In this document: piece by piece, positions 39,401 through 52,691 of the stretch
Position numbering within the stretch: position 1 is the first letter of the stretch
Layout: each line of letters starts with the position of its first letter
Assembly (NCBI GenBank): GCA_965235115.1
Contig: OZ249436.1
Coordinates: 36,582,001-36,646,000 of the forward strand
Direction of reading: 5' to 3'
Origin: Laetmonice hystrix
Taxonomy: Eukaryota
DNA length: 64,000 bases
The notes under the pieces: generated by a model
The model's database searches: none
The model's input: only the letters and a program-made list of their open reading frames with translations
Told to the model about the DNA's origin: nothing
Translations under genes and position numbers: made by a program

Positions 39401-41153
39401 GTATCGTCCTGCTGAAGGAAGAATCGTCAGCTTCAAACATACTGGCCTTTTTAAAGAAATCTCCAAAACGAGAGAATGTCTGTTGTGTTGATTCCGTTCG
39501 AAATCCACGGAAATAGCAGCAGGCGGGTTCTATTGATTTTCGTTGTTGGCGTGTTATTGATGTAAACATGTTGTCGGGGATGGCCAATTGGATGATTGGC
39601 ACCAGTCAATACCTGTCAGGTTCAACCAGGCGTGTTCTCTCAGGCAGAGAGGTATTACCGTCCCCAGGTCACAGATTGTTTATTGGTTGGTGTAATTACC
39701 AAAGTAAAATAAATGTCATGCAGTAGTCATTGGTTGATCATATTCACCTTACGTTATGATAAAGGATTCTAACGAAAATATATTAAAGGGTAGAGCAGCA
39801 TTATCAGAGGATTGGGTTATTGAAATGTTCTATATGTTCACACCTCTGTCTCCCCACAGGAGGGGCTAAGAGACAAACCTAACCAAGGCTTATGGCACAT
39901 TATTGACTTAGCAGCTGATGAATACCCAGCTATGAGCCAAAGGCATTGCTGATAGGCAAAGCCTGGAACCTTTTGTATAAACCGGGGCTTGGAGAGGGTT
40001 GTTTCATGTAGATGGCAGTGCTGTCGAGTAGAGAGAAGTATGGTTATCCGATGGGCACATTATGCTGGTCTGCAGTGGGCACGACATTCAAGCACTGCCG
40101 ACAAGGGTGGTAGACTGCGTGGCCTGTACAGAAGCCTTGTTTTTTTGTGAACCTGCCAAGTTCTATGGGCAGATAAAGGGGCGCTTTTTGTGACGCAGTA
40201 TTGATTCGAGTTTGATGTGTTGACGGCGAGAAAATGCCCGGTGAACTATTCTATAATGTCTACCTAACACTGTAGCGTGACATACAGCAAACGGTATTGG
40301 ATTGATTGAGAATGGAACTGTATTTTGTTCTAATTATAACGGTAAATCTCAGAATTGCAGGGATGTTCAGAGTTGTAGACCAACATTGATTGTCGGTGTC
40401 GTATAAAACATGAGGGAAGTTATATTGCTGAACCCTTGTGCATTCTTTCCGTGATCTTCAGGAATAAACACCCTAGCTTTCAAACGCAAAATTCCAATAA
40501 AATAGAATTGTTACATGAATCCCCCCCCCCCAAAAAAAAAATGTCAGTGCCAGCGTGGTTTTCTGCAGGCCCGTTTTGGGCCGCAAAGTCTTTTTTTTAA
40601 TTTATTTTTTCAAAATGCTCAACCCTAGGTCCCCCCCCAAGACTTTCACCCCCCCCCCCCCCAAGTGAAATCCTCCAGAAAGCCTGGCCACTCAGAACAA
40701 ATATTTGATCGACATATTTAGGGTATGGATGATAACATTGCTGTACCCTTGCGTCGTCTTCGTGTAGTGACAGTGTTCTGATTGAAAACAGGTACACGTT
40801 TAATGATGCGGTCTCGGTAGTCACAGTTATTCTGAAAGGAAAAGTTTCCTTTAGACCTGAGGAGGTTTTGTCCTGGAGGAGGATTATGGACGTTGGAGAC
40901 TGCAAGGAACAATTGTCAATCCCAAGACAAACGATGGCAGTTACACATAAACAGGGCCCGTGGGTTCAACCTTTACGGTTCCTCCAGGTTAACGGAAACA
41001 GTGTTCTCAAATATCGCCGAGAAAGTTTACAGGTGAGCATTTTATCACCTGCACTTTGCTATCAGCTTCTAATAATTACATATGTACTTAGAGAATGACG
41101 TCGACTTACACTGGTAAGAGAGGTCTTAGCAAAGTGCACCATTCTAGCATTAA

Positions 41154-41242
41154 GTTTCTGTCGCCTGTATCAAAGATACCAGGTTTCTGTCGCCTGTATC
41201 AAAGATACCAGGTTTCTGTCGCCTGTATCAAGGATACCAGGT
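41154..41242. repeat. 3 x 29-bp tandem repeat (gtttctgtcgcctgtatcaaagataccag)
   Basis: Units start at 41154, 41183 and 41212. Confidence 0.9.
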
Positions 41243-43164
41243 GAGAGAGTTGGTATAGTTGTAATGGTAGGAGGCAGTGCACATGTAAAGGTGGCATTCT
41301 AGTAAAACGGTGAGGTTCGGGAGGCGTGTTATTTAAGCCCACTTTGTTCATTCCAGTGAAGATACATCTAAACCTCGTGCGGCAGTGCATATCTTCAATA
41401 AGATATATGGGAGGCAAAGCTGGTATTGTCACCACAGATGTCTGTCAGCATCTTCTCTTGGATTACAAAGACTTGTGGCTGGCATAACGTCTTTGTGTCA
41501 GGTCTCGGGGTGTCGGGTTGAGGTCAGGGTGGATGGTATATGTAACCTTCCCTTGAAGGTACCTCGCCTTGATAGTTTACGTCTCCTCACCATCACACTT
41601 CCCGGGATCTGTAAGAGGTGATGTCCTCAGTGGGGTTTGTTTCATCATTGCCTGCCGACAGACTACAAAGGACGGGTTCTTCCAGAGGCTGCTTGCTGGC
41701 GCTCCTCTGTTGGCCAGGTGAGGTCAACATGAAGCCACTGGAGGACTCCAGCGTGACATGACGAACAATCTCCGCTGACGAACGCCTCTTACAATTTTAC
41801 ATGTTGTCAACCTTTTTGACCACTGTCACAAAACGGACTCGTGTCTGGCAGAGCAGCTGTTAAACGGGAAGGTTGCCATTACCAAATAAACAGGGGAAAT
41901 AAAGCAAGGTTTGCTTTCCCTTCAATGAATGCTTAGTTGTTTTTGGTAGATTTGAATATGTTTGATTGAGGGCCTTTATATAGCACAGGATGTAAGGTAG
42001 CAGCATGTTCAGGATTGGGTGCTCGACCGTTCTCTTGACTGTACACCACATAGTGCTATCTATCTAGCCTAGAGGAAAGTAAAAGTTGCCACCACGTTCA
42101 GTAATGTAGTTACCCGTACCGAGGTCTGACGCTGTTCTAAGACGGGTCAGCCGGTGAACCTATCCAGACAAGCCGGCCAGCTGACCCCATGGGCCAGGCT
42201 GCGGCCCGGCTGGCAGCTGTGATGATGAAAAATGTATGCCTCTGTCGGTGTTTTAGTGGGGTCAGTATCAGCAGCCAGCCACAGGTGCACAGACTGTAGG
42301 GAATTAGCATTGAGTACCTGCCGCACCTCTCCCTAATATCAGCCACCGATCTGGTGTTGCCAAGGTGATAGGCTGCCCCTTCCCCCACCACCCTCGGCAA
42401 ACCCTACATCCCGCACCCAGCCTCCCAGGAACCCATATCTATAACCTTCACCTTCATCACTTCAAATGGCAAAGGCCACATACATGACCAACCGGGTTAT
42501 GACGCCCGGGGCCTGGGAACCAGCAGCCAAATGTCACCTTCACTGAGGGCCATGTCAACTTCACTGAGGGCCAGTGGGGATGGGGGTATGGGACCTTCAG
42601 GGTGTCGCCATGGGGGACCGGGAGGATGCTGCTTCCCACGATATGGTCGTTTGTGCCCCGTGTTAGTCCCTCACGCCGGCGTTTGCCTTTACATGGTGCG
42701 CACCACTTGAAGGAATAACCATCAGTCATTGATCCCTGATACCGTGCCATTTTCCATCCTTTCGGGTTGAAGGGCAAATGTAAGGGCTATCCGAAAAAAA
42801 TGTCCGGTGGTGTACGGTTAATAAGATTCGGCATTTCTAATGGGTTCCAGGTGACTTGACGCTGAGGTAAAAAGGAGAAAGTTGGTTGTTTTGACAGAAT
42901 ACAACCTCGGCCGTGGAGAGGACTTGTCCCTTTCCTCTGGTTGCATTCGTCAGTGTCAAAGGCAGGGCAGTGAAGAGTTTATAACTGACACCTTTCTTCA
43001 GGAACGTGCGTGTTGAACCGGCATAACGTGATATTGTTTTCATTGGTTGCTTGTCGGAAGTGTTAGTGGTTAGTGATCTATCATGGAGAACTATCAGTGG
43101 TTTATTGCTGCGGTCTTGGCCGTGTGAGTTCTATCAGAGGCGCATAGCTGTGGCTAGAGTCAGT

Positions 43165-44132
43165 GAAACCGAAGAAATATGTTCATCGGAGGTGTTGAAG
43201 CTTTGGTCAGGGCCTGTGTGAATAAAGGAGTTGTTGCTGTGGTCACAGTCGTTGACTGAAGGAATAGTTCCATCTGATGTGTGGTGGTCTGTGGTCAGGG
43301 TCTGTGGAAATATAGGAAGAGTTCCATCGGAGGTGTTGTAGCTGTAGTCAGGGTCTATGTGACTGAAGAAATGGTTCCATCGGAGGTGTTTAGCTGTGGT
43401 CAGGGTCTGTGTGACTGAAGAAATGGTTCCATCGGAGGTGTTTAGCTGTGGTCAGGGTCTGTGGGAATATAGGAAGAGTTCCATCGGAGGTGTTGTAGCT
43501 GTAGTCAGGGCCTGTGTGACTGAAGAAATGGTTCAATCGGAGGTGTTTAGCTGTGGTCAGGGTCTGTGTGACTGAAGAAATGGTTCCATCGGAGGTGTTG
43601 TAGCTCTAGTCAGGGCCTGTGACTTAAGAAATAGTTCCATCGGAGGTGTTGTAACTGTAGTCAGGGTCTGTGTGACTGAAGAAATGGTTCCATCGGAGGT
43701 GTTTAGCTGTGGTCAGGGTCTGTGTGACTGAAGAAATGGTTCCATCGGAGGTGTTGTAGCTCTAGTCGGGGCCTGTGACTTAAGAAATGGTTCCATCGGA
43801 GGTGTTGTAGCTGTGGTCAGGGTCTGTGTGACTGAAGAAATGGTTCCATGTGACTTAAGAAATGGTTCCATCGGAGGTGTTTAGCTGTGGTCAGGGTCTG
43901 TGTGACTGAAGAAATGGTTCCATCGGAGGTGTTGTAGCTGTGGTCAGGGTCTGTCTGACTGCGGAAATGGTTCCATCGGAGGTGTTGTAGTTGTAGTCAG
44001 GGCGTGTGTGACTGAAGAAATGGTTCCATCGGAGGTGTTATAGCTGTGGTCAGGGTCTGTGTGACTGAAGAAATGGTTCCATGTGACTTAAGAAATGGTT
44101 CCATCGAAGGTGTTGTAACTGTTGTCAGGGTC
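43165..44132. repeat. Minisatellite with ~51-53-bp unit (gtgactgaagaaatggttccatcggaggtgttgtagctgtggtcagggtctgt), ~18 copies
   Basis: Direct periodicity (ccatcggagg at 43324, 43377, 43429 and onward). The left edge is degenerate and two units are truncated. Confidence 0.95.
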
Positions 44133-46717
44133 CATTGGGCCGAGACTGGGGTAGTCCTTTAGGCCGAGAAGAAGGAGGAGGAGGAAAAGAAGTGGTGATA
44201 GGGTCAGTGGGGCTGGTCAGACAAGGCTTGGTATGGGCAAAGTTGGAAGCAGGTGTGGCCCAGCACGGGCAGCAGGCCCGTGAACCAAGAGGGCCGTCTC
44301 CCTGCCACATTCATCCTCGGTCGGAAGTTACTCACTGAATGCATAAAAGGCCTGCCTAGATAATTACATTCCATAAGGACCTTGCTCATAATTACATTCC
44401 GACCTAAAGGTGCATAAAACGGCCTTTCTGTCCTTGATGGAGCTGGTCGTGCTGCGGTCTGTTGTGATCTAATGGCTGCCATAGGCAGGGGACCTTTTGA
44501 GCATCAAAGGAACAGGGCCTGTGTTAAAGAGATCTGTTTCCTGAAGTGCACTACTGAAACGGTCCTAGCCTGGGCCGCGTATCGACGTGAGATAGGACGT
44601 GGCAAAATTTATTCGATGCACTTGGTTAGCAGAATGAGTGAAGGTAACTTATTTTGTACGGACATTTATAGTAACTGACAATTCATTTCAGCTCTACTGA
44701 AGCTTCTAAATGTAAAATAAAACTTAAAAGGGGATATGTTTATTTTTTTTAATCAAATCGATAAACCTGGAGAAAATTCAGGAGAGTATTGCAACGAGGG
44801 ATGATAAGATGTGCAGGGAAATGTGTATGTGAATGATTGGCTACGGACTGTTGTGTTGTGTCTAGTGAGTGAGACAGGGATTTTATATATAGTTGTAACG
44901 TAAAGCATTCACAGACTGGATAGGGGTCCCGGCTTCATGCATCGTGCATGATCCGAATACGAGATGTAAACCGTATACCATCTGAGGAGCGAGCGCGACG
45001 CCCGTTGACATGCGATGAGTACAACTGGGTATCTTTACCAGCGTTCACTTCCCTCTCAGCATATTGCTACAGCACCAAATGTACAGTACTGGTCAGAGGG
45101 AACATCTTCTAACCCAACGGATTGAGTCTGTGTATGGCAATGGCCCGTTGTGGGATTTCCCTTCCTATAGGTACAATGGCATTGGGACATTTAACATTAT
45201 AAAAATTTCGATTCTGGTTGTAGTGACCCGAAGCCACCAATAAATCTCAATGAATGCTGCAGATTCTCAGTCGGCAAACCCCGCAGGCCACTGGGTATCA
45301 TTCAAATTGAAAATGATGTCAAAGCAGGAGCTCTAAGACAGGTAATCGTCCCTTTGTGTGTATGTATAAGGCATCAGAATCCTACATTTATACAGATCTA
45401 AAGTGATTGACTGCAGAGGGAATTCTCTGCTTAGAAAAGGCCAGAATTCAGGCGCCAGGAAAACCGTGCAGTGACTGTGAATGATGATCGGCAGAGTCAG
45501 AGGTCATGAAATATGTTTGTTGTCAAGATATAAAACCTCTCGTACGTACATCTTCTTGTTTTCCATCATAACTGCATTTATGCAGTTGTAATGAGATTGT
45601 TTTAGTGTTTTGCCCATAGAATTGCCACAGGGAGGCTGAATTCGGCTATGCTAATGGCAGTCTGTTGCCATGAGGCACGGCGGTGTGATTTGAGAGGCCC
45701 CGTCCTGCACGTGCATTGTCTGACTAATTTAGTGTGAAGAGACAGAGAGGTATAACATTCGATAAGGCAGGGAGAGCAGGCAACACCGTCCATGGCTGGT
45801 TAACCTTGGCAGGCAGCGACCTCTGCTATGATGATATGTGGACCCTCTGCAAGGCCTTGGGGCTGTGCAATATCGAACTAATCATTTGCAATAGGAACAA
45901 GACATCAAGGACTTATTGTCTTTTCTCGGAACGCCACTAAAGGATCAAGCCTGTTATCGTTACTGAATGCGGTCTGTGATTTGGCTGTAGCATTGGAACA
46001 GTCTGTTTGGCCGACAGAATTGGGCCTCCAAGCACTTAAACATAAGGATTGCCTGCATCGGGTTTTGTTTGTCATGCTTGAGTAAAATTGGTGAATCGCA
46101 AACAACAGAGGTGCCTGAGCAAATCACAGCTAGGGGAAGAAATTCCTCATGCCTGCTGCCTCCATTGCCATTGACCCCTCTTGGAACCGATTGCCTTCCA
46201 TGTCTCATGTGATGAGACCACCCGATGTTTCGTCTGTCGACATCACGTGACAGGTTGCTATAACTACATGAAGCCGACCCCCACCGTCACCGTGTATCAC
46301 CGTCATTATCAGACGTTGTCATAAAGTCGGTAGGATGTTGGAATGCGTCACGACGTCCCTCATTACGCGCTCCTTCCCCTCCTCCGAGTTTGCCTCTCAT
46401 CCTGCAGCTGGAGCTGAGTCCAAATAAATTTAAGAGAGGCCGTCAGTCCATAGAGGGCGCTGTCGTTGTATGGTCCGTCGTTGGACTTGTTGTTCCAGGT
46501 ACATAACGGAAGAATCTCCTTCGAACGTGTGGGCCTCCTTACCAAGGCTTCAGGCGAATTGAAATTTCTACTGCGTCATATTTTACAAATGATGAGTTGT
46601 TTTCTTGCATGGTGGGTGACCTTGATGCTGAAACCAAATATATCTGCCTTCGTCTCTCATCACTCTTCAAAAGCATCATGTTTCAAACCATTTTTAAAGC
46701 TAGTGGGCAGAAGGTTT

Positions 46718-48554
46718 TTTAGCCCCCAAACCCATCGGGTTTTGGGGGCTTATGATTCACCCTCTGTCCGTCCGTCCGTCCGTCCGTCCGTCCGTACGTC
46801 CGTACGTCCGTCCGTCCGTCCGTCCGTCCGTCTGTCCGTCCGTCCGTGAACAGCGATATCTCAGAAACGTGCGGAACAATCATTTTCATATTTGAACACA
46901 AGATCAGGTACCATCCTGGCATGATGCACGTCAAAGGATTTTTTGATACGATCCAAGATGGCCGCCTGGCAGCCATATTGGTGAAATACACATTTACAGC
47001 GATATCTCTGTTAAAAGAATACCATTTTCATTCAAACTTGGCACAACGATAGGGGTTCATGGGGCAAACATACACGTCATTTTGTTTTCAGTTCGGATCC
47101 AATATGGCCGATCGGCAGCCATGTTTGTGTTGTTGGCAATGTCATTAGACTTTAGTGGCGTATAACTTGACAATGGGGCGAGGTGTGGGTAAAGTTACTA
47201 TGGGGAGCGAATAGGAAGTCATATATGAGGAATCTTTTGACACCATTATATTTGACCTTGGGTTGACATTTCAAGGTCATTTGAGGTCAGGGGTTTATTA
47301 AGGATCACTATGTCAGAAATGGTGTTCTTCAAGTCCTATGGTGCTACGATGCATTATGCAAAGGGAGACTTATATTACAATTCACCATGATCAAGATTTT
47401 GAAGAGTGCGTCCAAGATGGCCGCTCGACAGCCATAATGGCAAAATAGACATATACAGGCATATCTCTGTTAAAAGAATACCATTTTCTTTCAAACTTGG
47501 CACAACGATAGGGGTTCATGGGGCAAACATACACGTCATTTTGTTTTCAGTTCGGATCCAATATGGCCGATCGGCAGCCATGTTTGTGTTGTTGGCAATG
47601 TCATTAGACTTTAGTGGCGTATAACTTGACAATGGGGCGAGGTGTGGGTAAAGTTACTATGGGAAGCGAATAGGAAGTCATATATGAGGAATCTTTTGAC
47701 ACCATTATATTTGACCTTGGGTTGACATTTCAAGGTCATTTGAGGTCAGGTGTTATTTATAGATTAGGAAGTCATATAATTATGAAGTTTCATTTGGCGC
47801 CATTTTCCATGACCGTGAGCGACCTTGAAAGGTCAATCACGGTCATGCATTTTTTCAATAGCCTGGATCTTCAAAACAATTGAAGATGCAGGTCAATGAT
47901 ATTTTTGACATCAGTCAAAATGGCCGTGTGGTGGCCATCTTGGATATAAACACATTTGGAGCAATACCTCAGACAAAACGGTCCTGATGTCTTTAAAATT
48001 TGGTGGAAAGAAGGTGCATATGAGGGGCAATGTGTGTGCCAATACATTGCCAGATCAGAGCAAATATGGCGACATGGCGGCCATATTAATATTCCCCCCC
48101 CCCCCCAATAACACTGTTTTGGCTCATATCTCGAAAACGGTGCAATATAAGGCAATAGTTACTATTATTGACAGATAGGAAGTCATATATGAAGTTTGAT
48201 TTGGCGCCATTTTCCATGACCTTGAGCCACCTTGAAAGGTCATGCATATTTTAATGGCCTGTACCTCCAAACCAGTTGAAGATAACGGCATCTAATCTTG
48301 CGTGAAACATTACATAACAACCAGGGACAGTCTATAGGAAGGACACAGGTCAAACATATAATAAAAAATGGCTGCTTCGTGGCCATCTTGGATATAAAGA
48401 AATTCGAAGCAATAACTCTGACATTTTCTGGATTTCGTTCTTGCTGACAGAAAGCATGAGGGGTAACAAGCGTGCCAAAAGTACAAATAGTTCCTGGACC
48501 CACAGAAAATTTGTTCCTACTCAGTTGGGGGCTGTGACTCCGACGGGGTCTAGT
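46718..48554 (+). mobile_element. Non-autonomous Helentron-type rolling-circle element (HINE / DINE-1-like)
   Basis: Both boundaries are T-rich. Features in order: 5' hairpin agcccccaaaccc-atc-gggttttgggggct (46721-46750); (TCCG)n microsatellite 46763-46847; internal ~459-bp tandem duplication (47002-47291 vs 47461-47750); 3' subterminal inverted copy ttgggggct (48525-48533); short stem-loop gactcc-gac-ggggtc; terminal CTAGT. This order is the established HINE/DINE-1 architecture. Confidence 0.8.
46763..46847. repeat. (TCCG)n microsatellite inside the HINE-like element
   Basis: Read directly from the sequence. Confidence 0.95.
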
Positions 48555-48599
48555 TTCTTTTCCTTTTTTTTTTGCTGGTGCAGTCATATTGTAGTTTGA

Positions 48600-48850
48600 G
48601 TGGCCGGTTTTTTGTTTACTTTTCCACCGTGAGCAAGGGTGACAGTGGCTGAGCAAGGGTGAGCAGAAGCTCATGCTCACCGTTTTGCTCACTGTTCTCG
48701 TTTTTCCGTGAGCTTGCTCACCATGAGCACACCTCATGGAAAAAAGCAACCAAAAAAACCACGGAAACGGTGAGAATGAGCTCATGCTCACCCTTGCTCA
48801 GCTCAGCTCACCCGTGCTCATGGTGGAAAAGTAAACAAAAAACCGGGCCC
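48600..48850. mobile_element. ~250-bp foldback MITE (PIF/Harbinger-like GGGCCCGG end)
   Basis: 48604-48628 (ccggttttttgtttacttttccacc) is the exact reverse complement of 48822-48846, and the arms continue imperfectly for ~85 nt. The possible 3-bp TSD (tga/aga) is imperfect. Confidence 0.75.
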
Positions 48851-48933
48851 AGAACGAATGGGGAAATTCTTGTAACCCTCTGCTTTAGGAGTGTATTTTT
48901 GTAGATGACTAAACTCTTGTGTTTGCTTTCCAG

Positions 48934-49062
48934 CGACGAGGAGGTGGCGTGGATATGAATGTCAAGTCAGCATGGAGAAAAGGTTACACTGGCAAAAATG
49001 TTGTCGTCTCTATCCTTGACGACGGCATCGAAAAAAACCATCCGGATCTGAAAAAGAATTAT
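48934..49062 (+). CDS. FURIN: Furin-like convertase exon containing the catalytic Asp (ILDDGIE)
   Basis: Acceptor ttgctttccag ends at 48933 and donor TAT|gtgagt starts at 49063. The 129 nt encode [43 protein letters not shown]. Confidence 0.97.
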
Positions 49063-52000
49063 GTGAGTACACGCTATGTTGCCGTCTTTGTGTCTGGTCT
49101 AAGTGAAAACGTGATTGAGAAGTCTTGGATATTGTTTTCGCCAAGCAGAACCTCACGACTAGTTCACATGTTATAACCAACATATTGTTCACGTTTGACT
49201 TGTGAATGTCGAAAAACTTTTTTTATAGCTTTATAATGCCAGGTCAGTAGAAGCATTGTTTGGCGTCATATAACATTATTTTTGGAAGGCCATGTCGGAA
49301 CAGTAACCGAAGCCCTCTCAGGGAAGATGTGGCCGAGAGGTCGTTCAGTAGCAAGGAGCGCCACAAACCAGTAGGAAAGGCCCAGTCAGTAATATTTGCT
49401 AACTTTGAGCGTTACGTCTTACTGAACGTGCCGCAGAGCTGCTCCTCTGGCAACTACCGGGTACCAGTCTGTCATTAACGTATCACAAGGCGATAGCAGC
49501 AGCTGGCTGCTACAGCTACGGATCATAGTCTTTGTAGATGTCAGCGGGTCTCGTAACGTCAAGGTCTGGCGCTCCTCTGTGGTTCTCTACCACTGCTATT
49601 TATAATATGAGGACGACAAAGTCTGGTCTCTCACCGTGCGCTCTATTATTTTTTTTTTGTCCACACTAATAGTCCCGTTTGTTGCGGCTTTAAGCATACA
49701 ATAACTGGTAAGATGGTGGGAATAGTTACGAGCTCCGAGTTTGAAAGGTCACGTTGACACATTTTATATCTGACCATGTGCTTTGAATTATATGTGTGCG
49801 CAGTTGGTGGATGTTGAGAAGGATTTATGACATATGAGATGGGGATATTTATCTCATGTAGATCTACAGAGCTGGTCATGTCGCGATGGATGCAAATTGA
49901 AGGGCCAAGGCAAGGTCTGCAGACAGATTGTATTCAGATGCATAATGGATATTGCTTTTGTTGGTCCGTATGTACGCGTTGTTCTTAAATCGACTGTATC
50001 CAGTGGGGATCCGATGCAGAATCCCTTGGTCGGATTAAACGTCCGCCATCCACGTATTCGGCAGGCTTTATCTAACATGCGGTGAACGTCATGTGGTGGC
50101 AAGACCAGTTAATCATTTCCAAAGAAGCGGGCAGAGATGACATCTGATCGGACGGTGAGCTAGGAAAAAGGCTGTCGGCGTGCACAGATTTGATCGGGTC
50201 TCGTTTCGAGAGAGATTAGTTTGCCTGCGTCAGTGATGTTTATCATTATGGTAATATTGCCCATGATTTCAAGGTCTGTCGATGACCATGGTCCACGTGA
50301 AGGGATCCTGACTCCAGACATGATGGTTATGTTAAACACATATTATGAGGCTCATGTCGACGATTATATTGCTGTTTGTTCCATTCGTCTAATCTCGATT
50401 ATTGACTGGTTGAATCGGCAGTCTAAAGCTAATATTAATACGGCAAGGGGGATTTCATCTAAAAATTGCGGTTCCTTTAAAAAATAACCTGACAGTTTAC
50501 ATTGCCAGTAAGTGCCTTTGTGGAGTTAGTATTATGCTCCTGGTCAGATAGGTATATCCGAAAGGGACAGTATGTGACAGACAGAACGCTGAAAGCTCAC
50601 TTAACCTTCTGCCCTTTCCTCTCAGCATGCAGCAGACAGTATTGCTATGATGCTCACATATCTAGGATCTACCTTAGGCTTCCAGCAGCAGCATCTTTGA
50701 CCCTGATCTTAGTAAGACCTAATTGGATGGCGGTGATCAGTTCCCACAATGGTCTCAAGCTGTGCTGGGTGGGGCGGCGCCGGCCCGGAATGAATCGGGC
50801 GGCAGTATAACCCAGTAATCCCCAGAGCGGACTAATTTATCACTGCCTTCCAGATATTGATCATCGCAATATTAGCTGCTCCTCCGCATCGTCTTCATCA
50901 GCATATGTGTAATTATCATGCCAAGCCTCCCATATTATCTCAGCAGACTGCTTACTTCAAAGTCGATAAATACGCTGCGTAGTGCAGTGGCCATTTCCCA
51001 ACTCGAAACAAGCCGTTAAAAAACTTGGAAGGAGTTATATTTTAATATACCGTTAGTGAGCGAAAGGCTCTATTGCATGATACCTAGGGTATTAACATAC
51101 GTGTGATATTAATTAGTGGTCGTACGTGGCTAGGAGACAATTGTGACATGGGTGTTAGTGGCGAAGGTTTGTGAGGTGACATGGTTGGTAGGATAGGTGA
51201 CAGTTCACGCCCAGACTCAGGATGTGCATGTTGAATGTGTAAGGTTAGAGTTGGAAGTGTGACCGTCACACTGTTCCGTTAGCTGACCTCCGATATCAAC
51301 TTCAGTTGGTGCATTCCCAAGTCACACTGTGATAAAACTGTTTCCATTGGAATAATAGTGGCCAACGCTTCCTGATTAGGAGGTTGGTTGTAAAACAAGT
51401 TTTGAACCGATTATGTTGTAGAGACAAGTAAAACATAGGGGTTGTGGGAAATGGCAGTGGTCATTCTGTGTCAATTAATTCTGTAAAGGCTGATCAGTGT
51501 GTTGTTTTGCTCATCCGCCTCAGGTTAACGGTGAGTGGGCAAAAAATGGAATCACAAATATGTCAGGACGTAATATCGGTCAGCTGTACGTAACTGCACG
51601 GCATATCCTCGGGATGCAGGTTGGCTGATGCACTGTTTACCTTACAGTAGTAGTTGTTTCACGACCGTCTGACTGACAACCAAGAATAGTAAACATCTCA
51701 GCGCCTCATTCCTCATGGTTCCCGACACATAGGTGTTCAGGTGTTAAACGAGGATTGAAGAGATCGTTTGGTATAGAGGTCCTGACTGCCAGACTTGGGA
51801 CCGGGAATAAACGATGAGACAGTTGCACAAGTTGGCAGTCATCCATCGACTCCATGGTCGTTCTTTGATCAGGTTGTTGTAAGGGAAAGAATCGACCGAA
51901 CGTAAATCGGGCCTGTGGCTGGGTGTGTAGGGCGGAGGTGGTGGCGGGAAGTAGAGCGCATGTTGTAACTCCACATTGTTCTGAAGGTCGCATGGTCAGT

Positions 52001-52691
52001 GATATATTGCTCAACAATTTGTAGTGTGACTGGAGTCGATGGGCCTCTGGTTATGTGTTAGGATAGAAATAAATGTAAGAGTAGTATAATTAAGGGCCCC
52101 AACAGATTGGCATTTCCAAATTGCATGTTCCCGAAGTGCTCAAGGACAGGCTCCCCAAGCAGATCAGTCTGAAAGTCAATTATGGAGATTAATGCATGTT
52201 TATTTTGAGATATTGACAATCTAATCTCTTTAATTTGGCGGTGGGCACTGCCCTCAAGGAATATAATCGTGCCCTGTGTTCGGGTCTGTATGCTGTACAA
52301 TAGCTCCAATGTCGCAGAACATGGACAATGTTTCACATAGGCCGTTTCCATTTTTTATCCGCCGGTCAACATTCTCTAACAGTACAAAAACGTTTTCCTT
52401 TGCGGTAAGACCAGGAAGTTCGCTGGGATCATTTGTTTCCATAAAAGATATTGGCACATGAGCATCACGTATGTCAATGTAAACTAAGCTGAGACGGAAT
52501 TGGGAATTTTATGGTCGGAGATGGGCGGTCAAGGGGTGGTATGATAGATCGGGTGTGACCTGCCACCTACCAGTCAAGGGGCGGGTGGTTGTGACCAGAT
52601 CGATCAACAGTTGGTGACACGGCAGGAGAAGTTAACAACTGCGCAAGGTGACGGCACATGATAAAAACACAAACAGCAAGGGACGCCTGTC

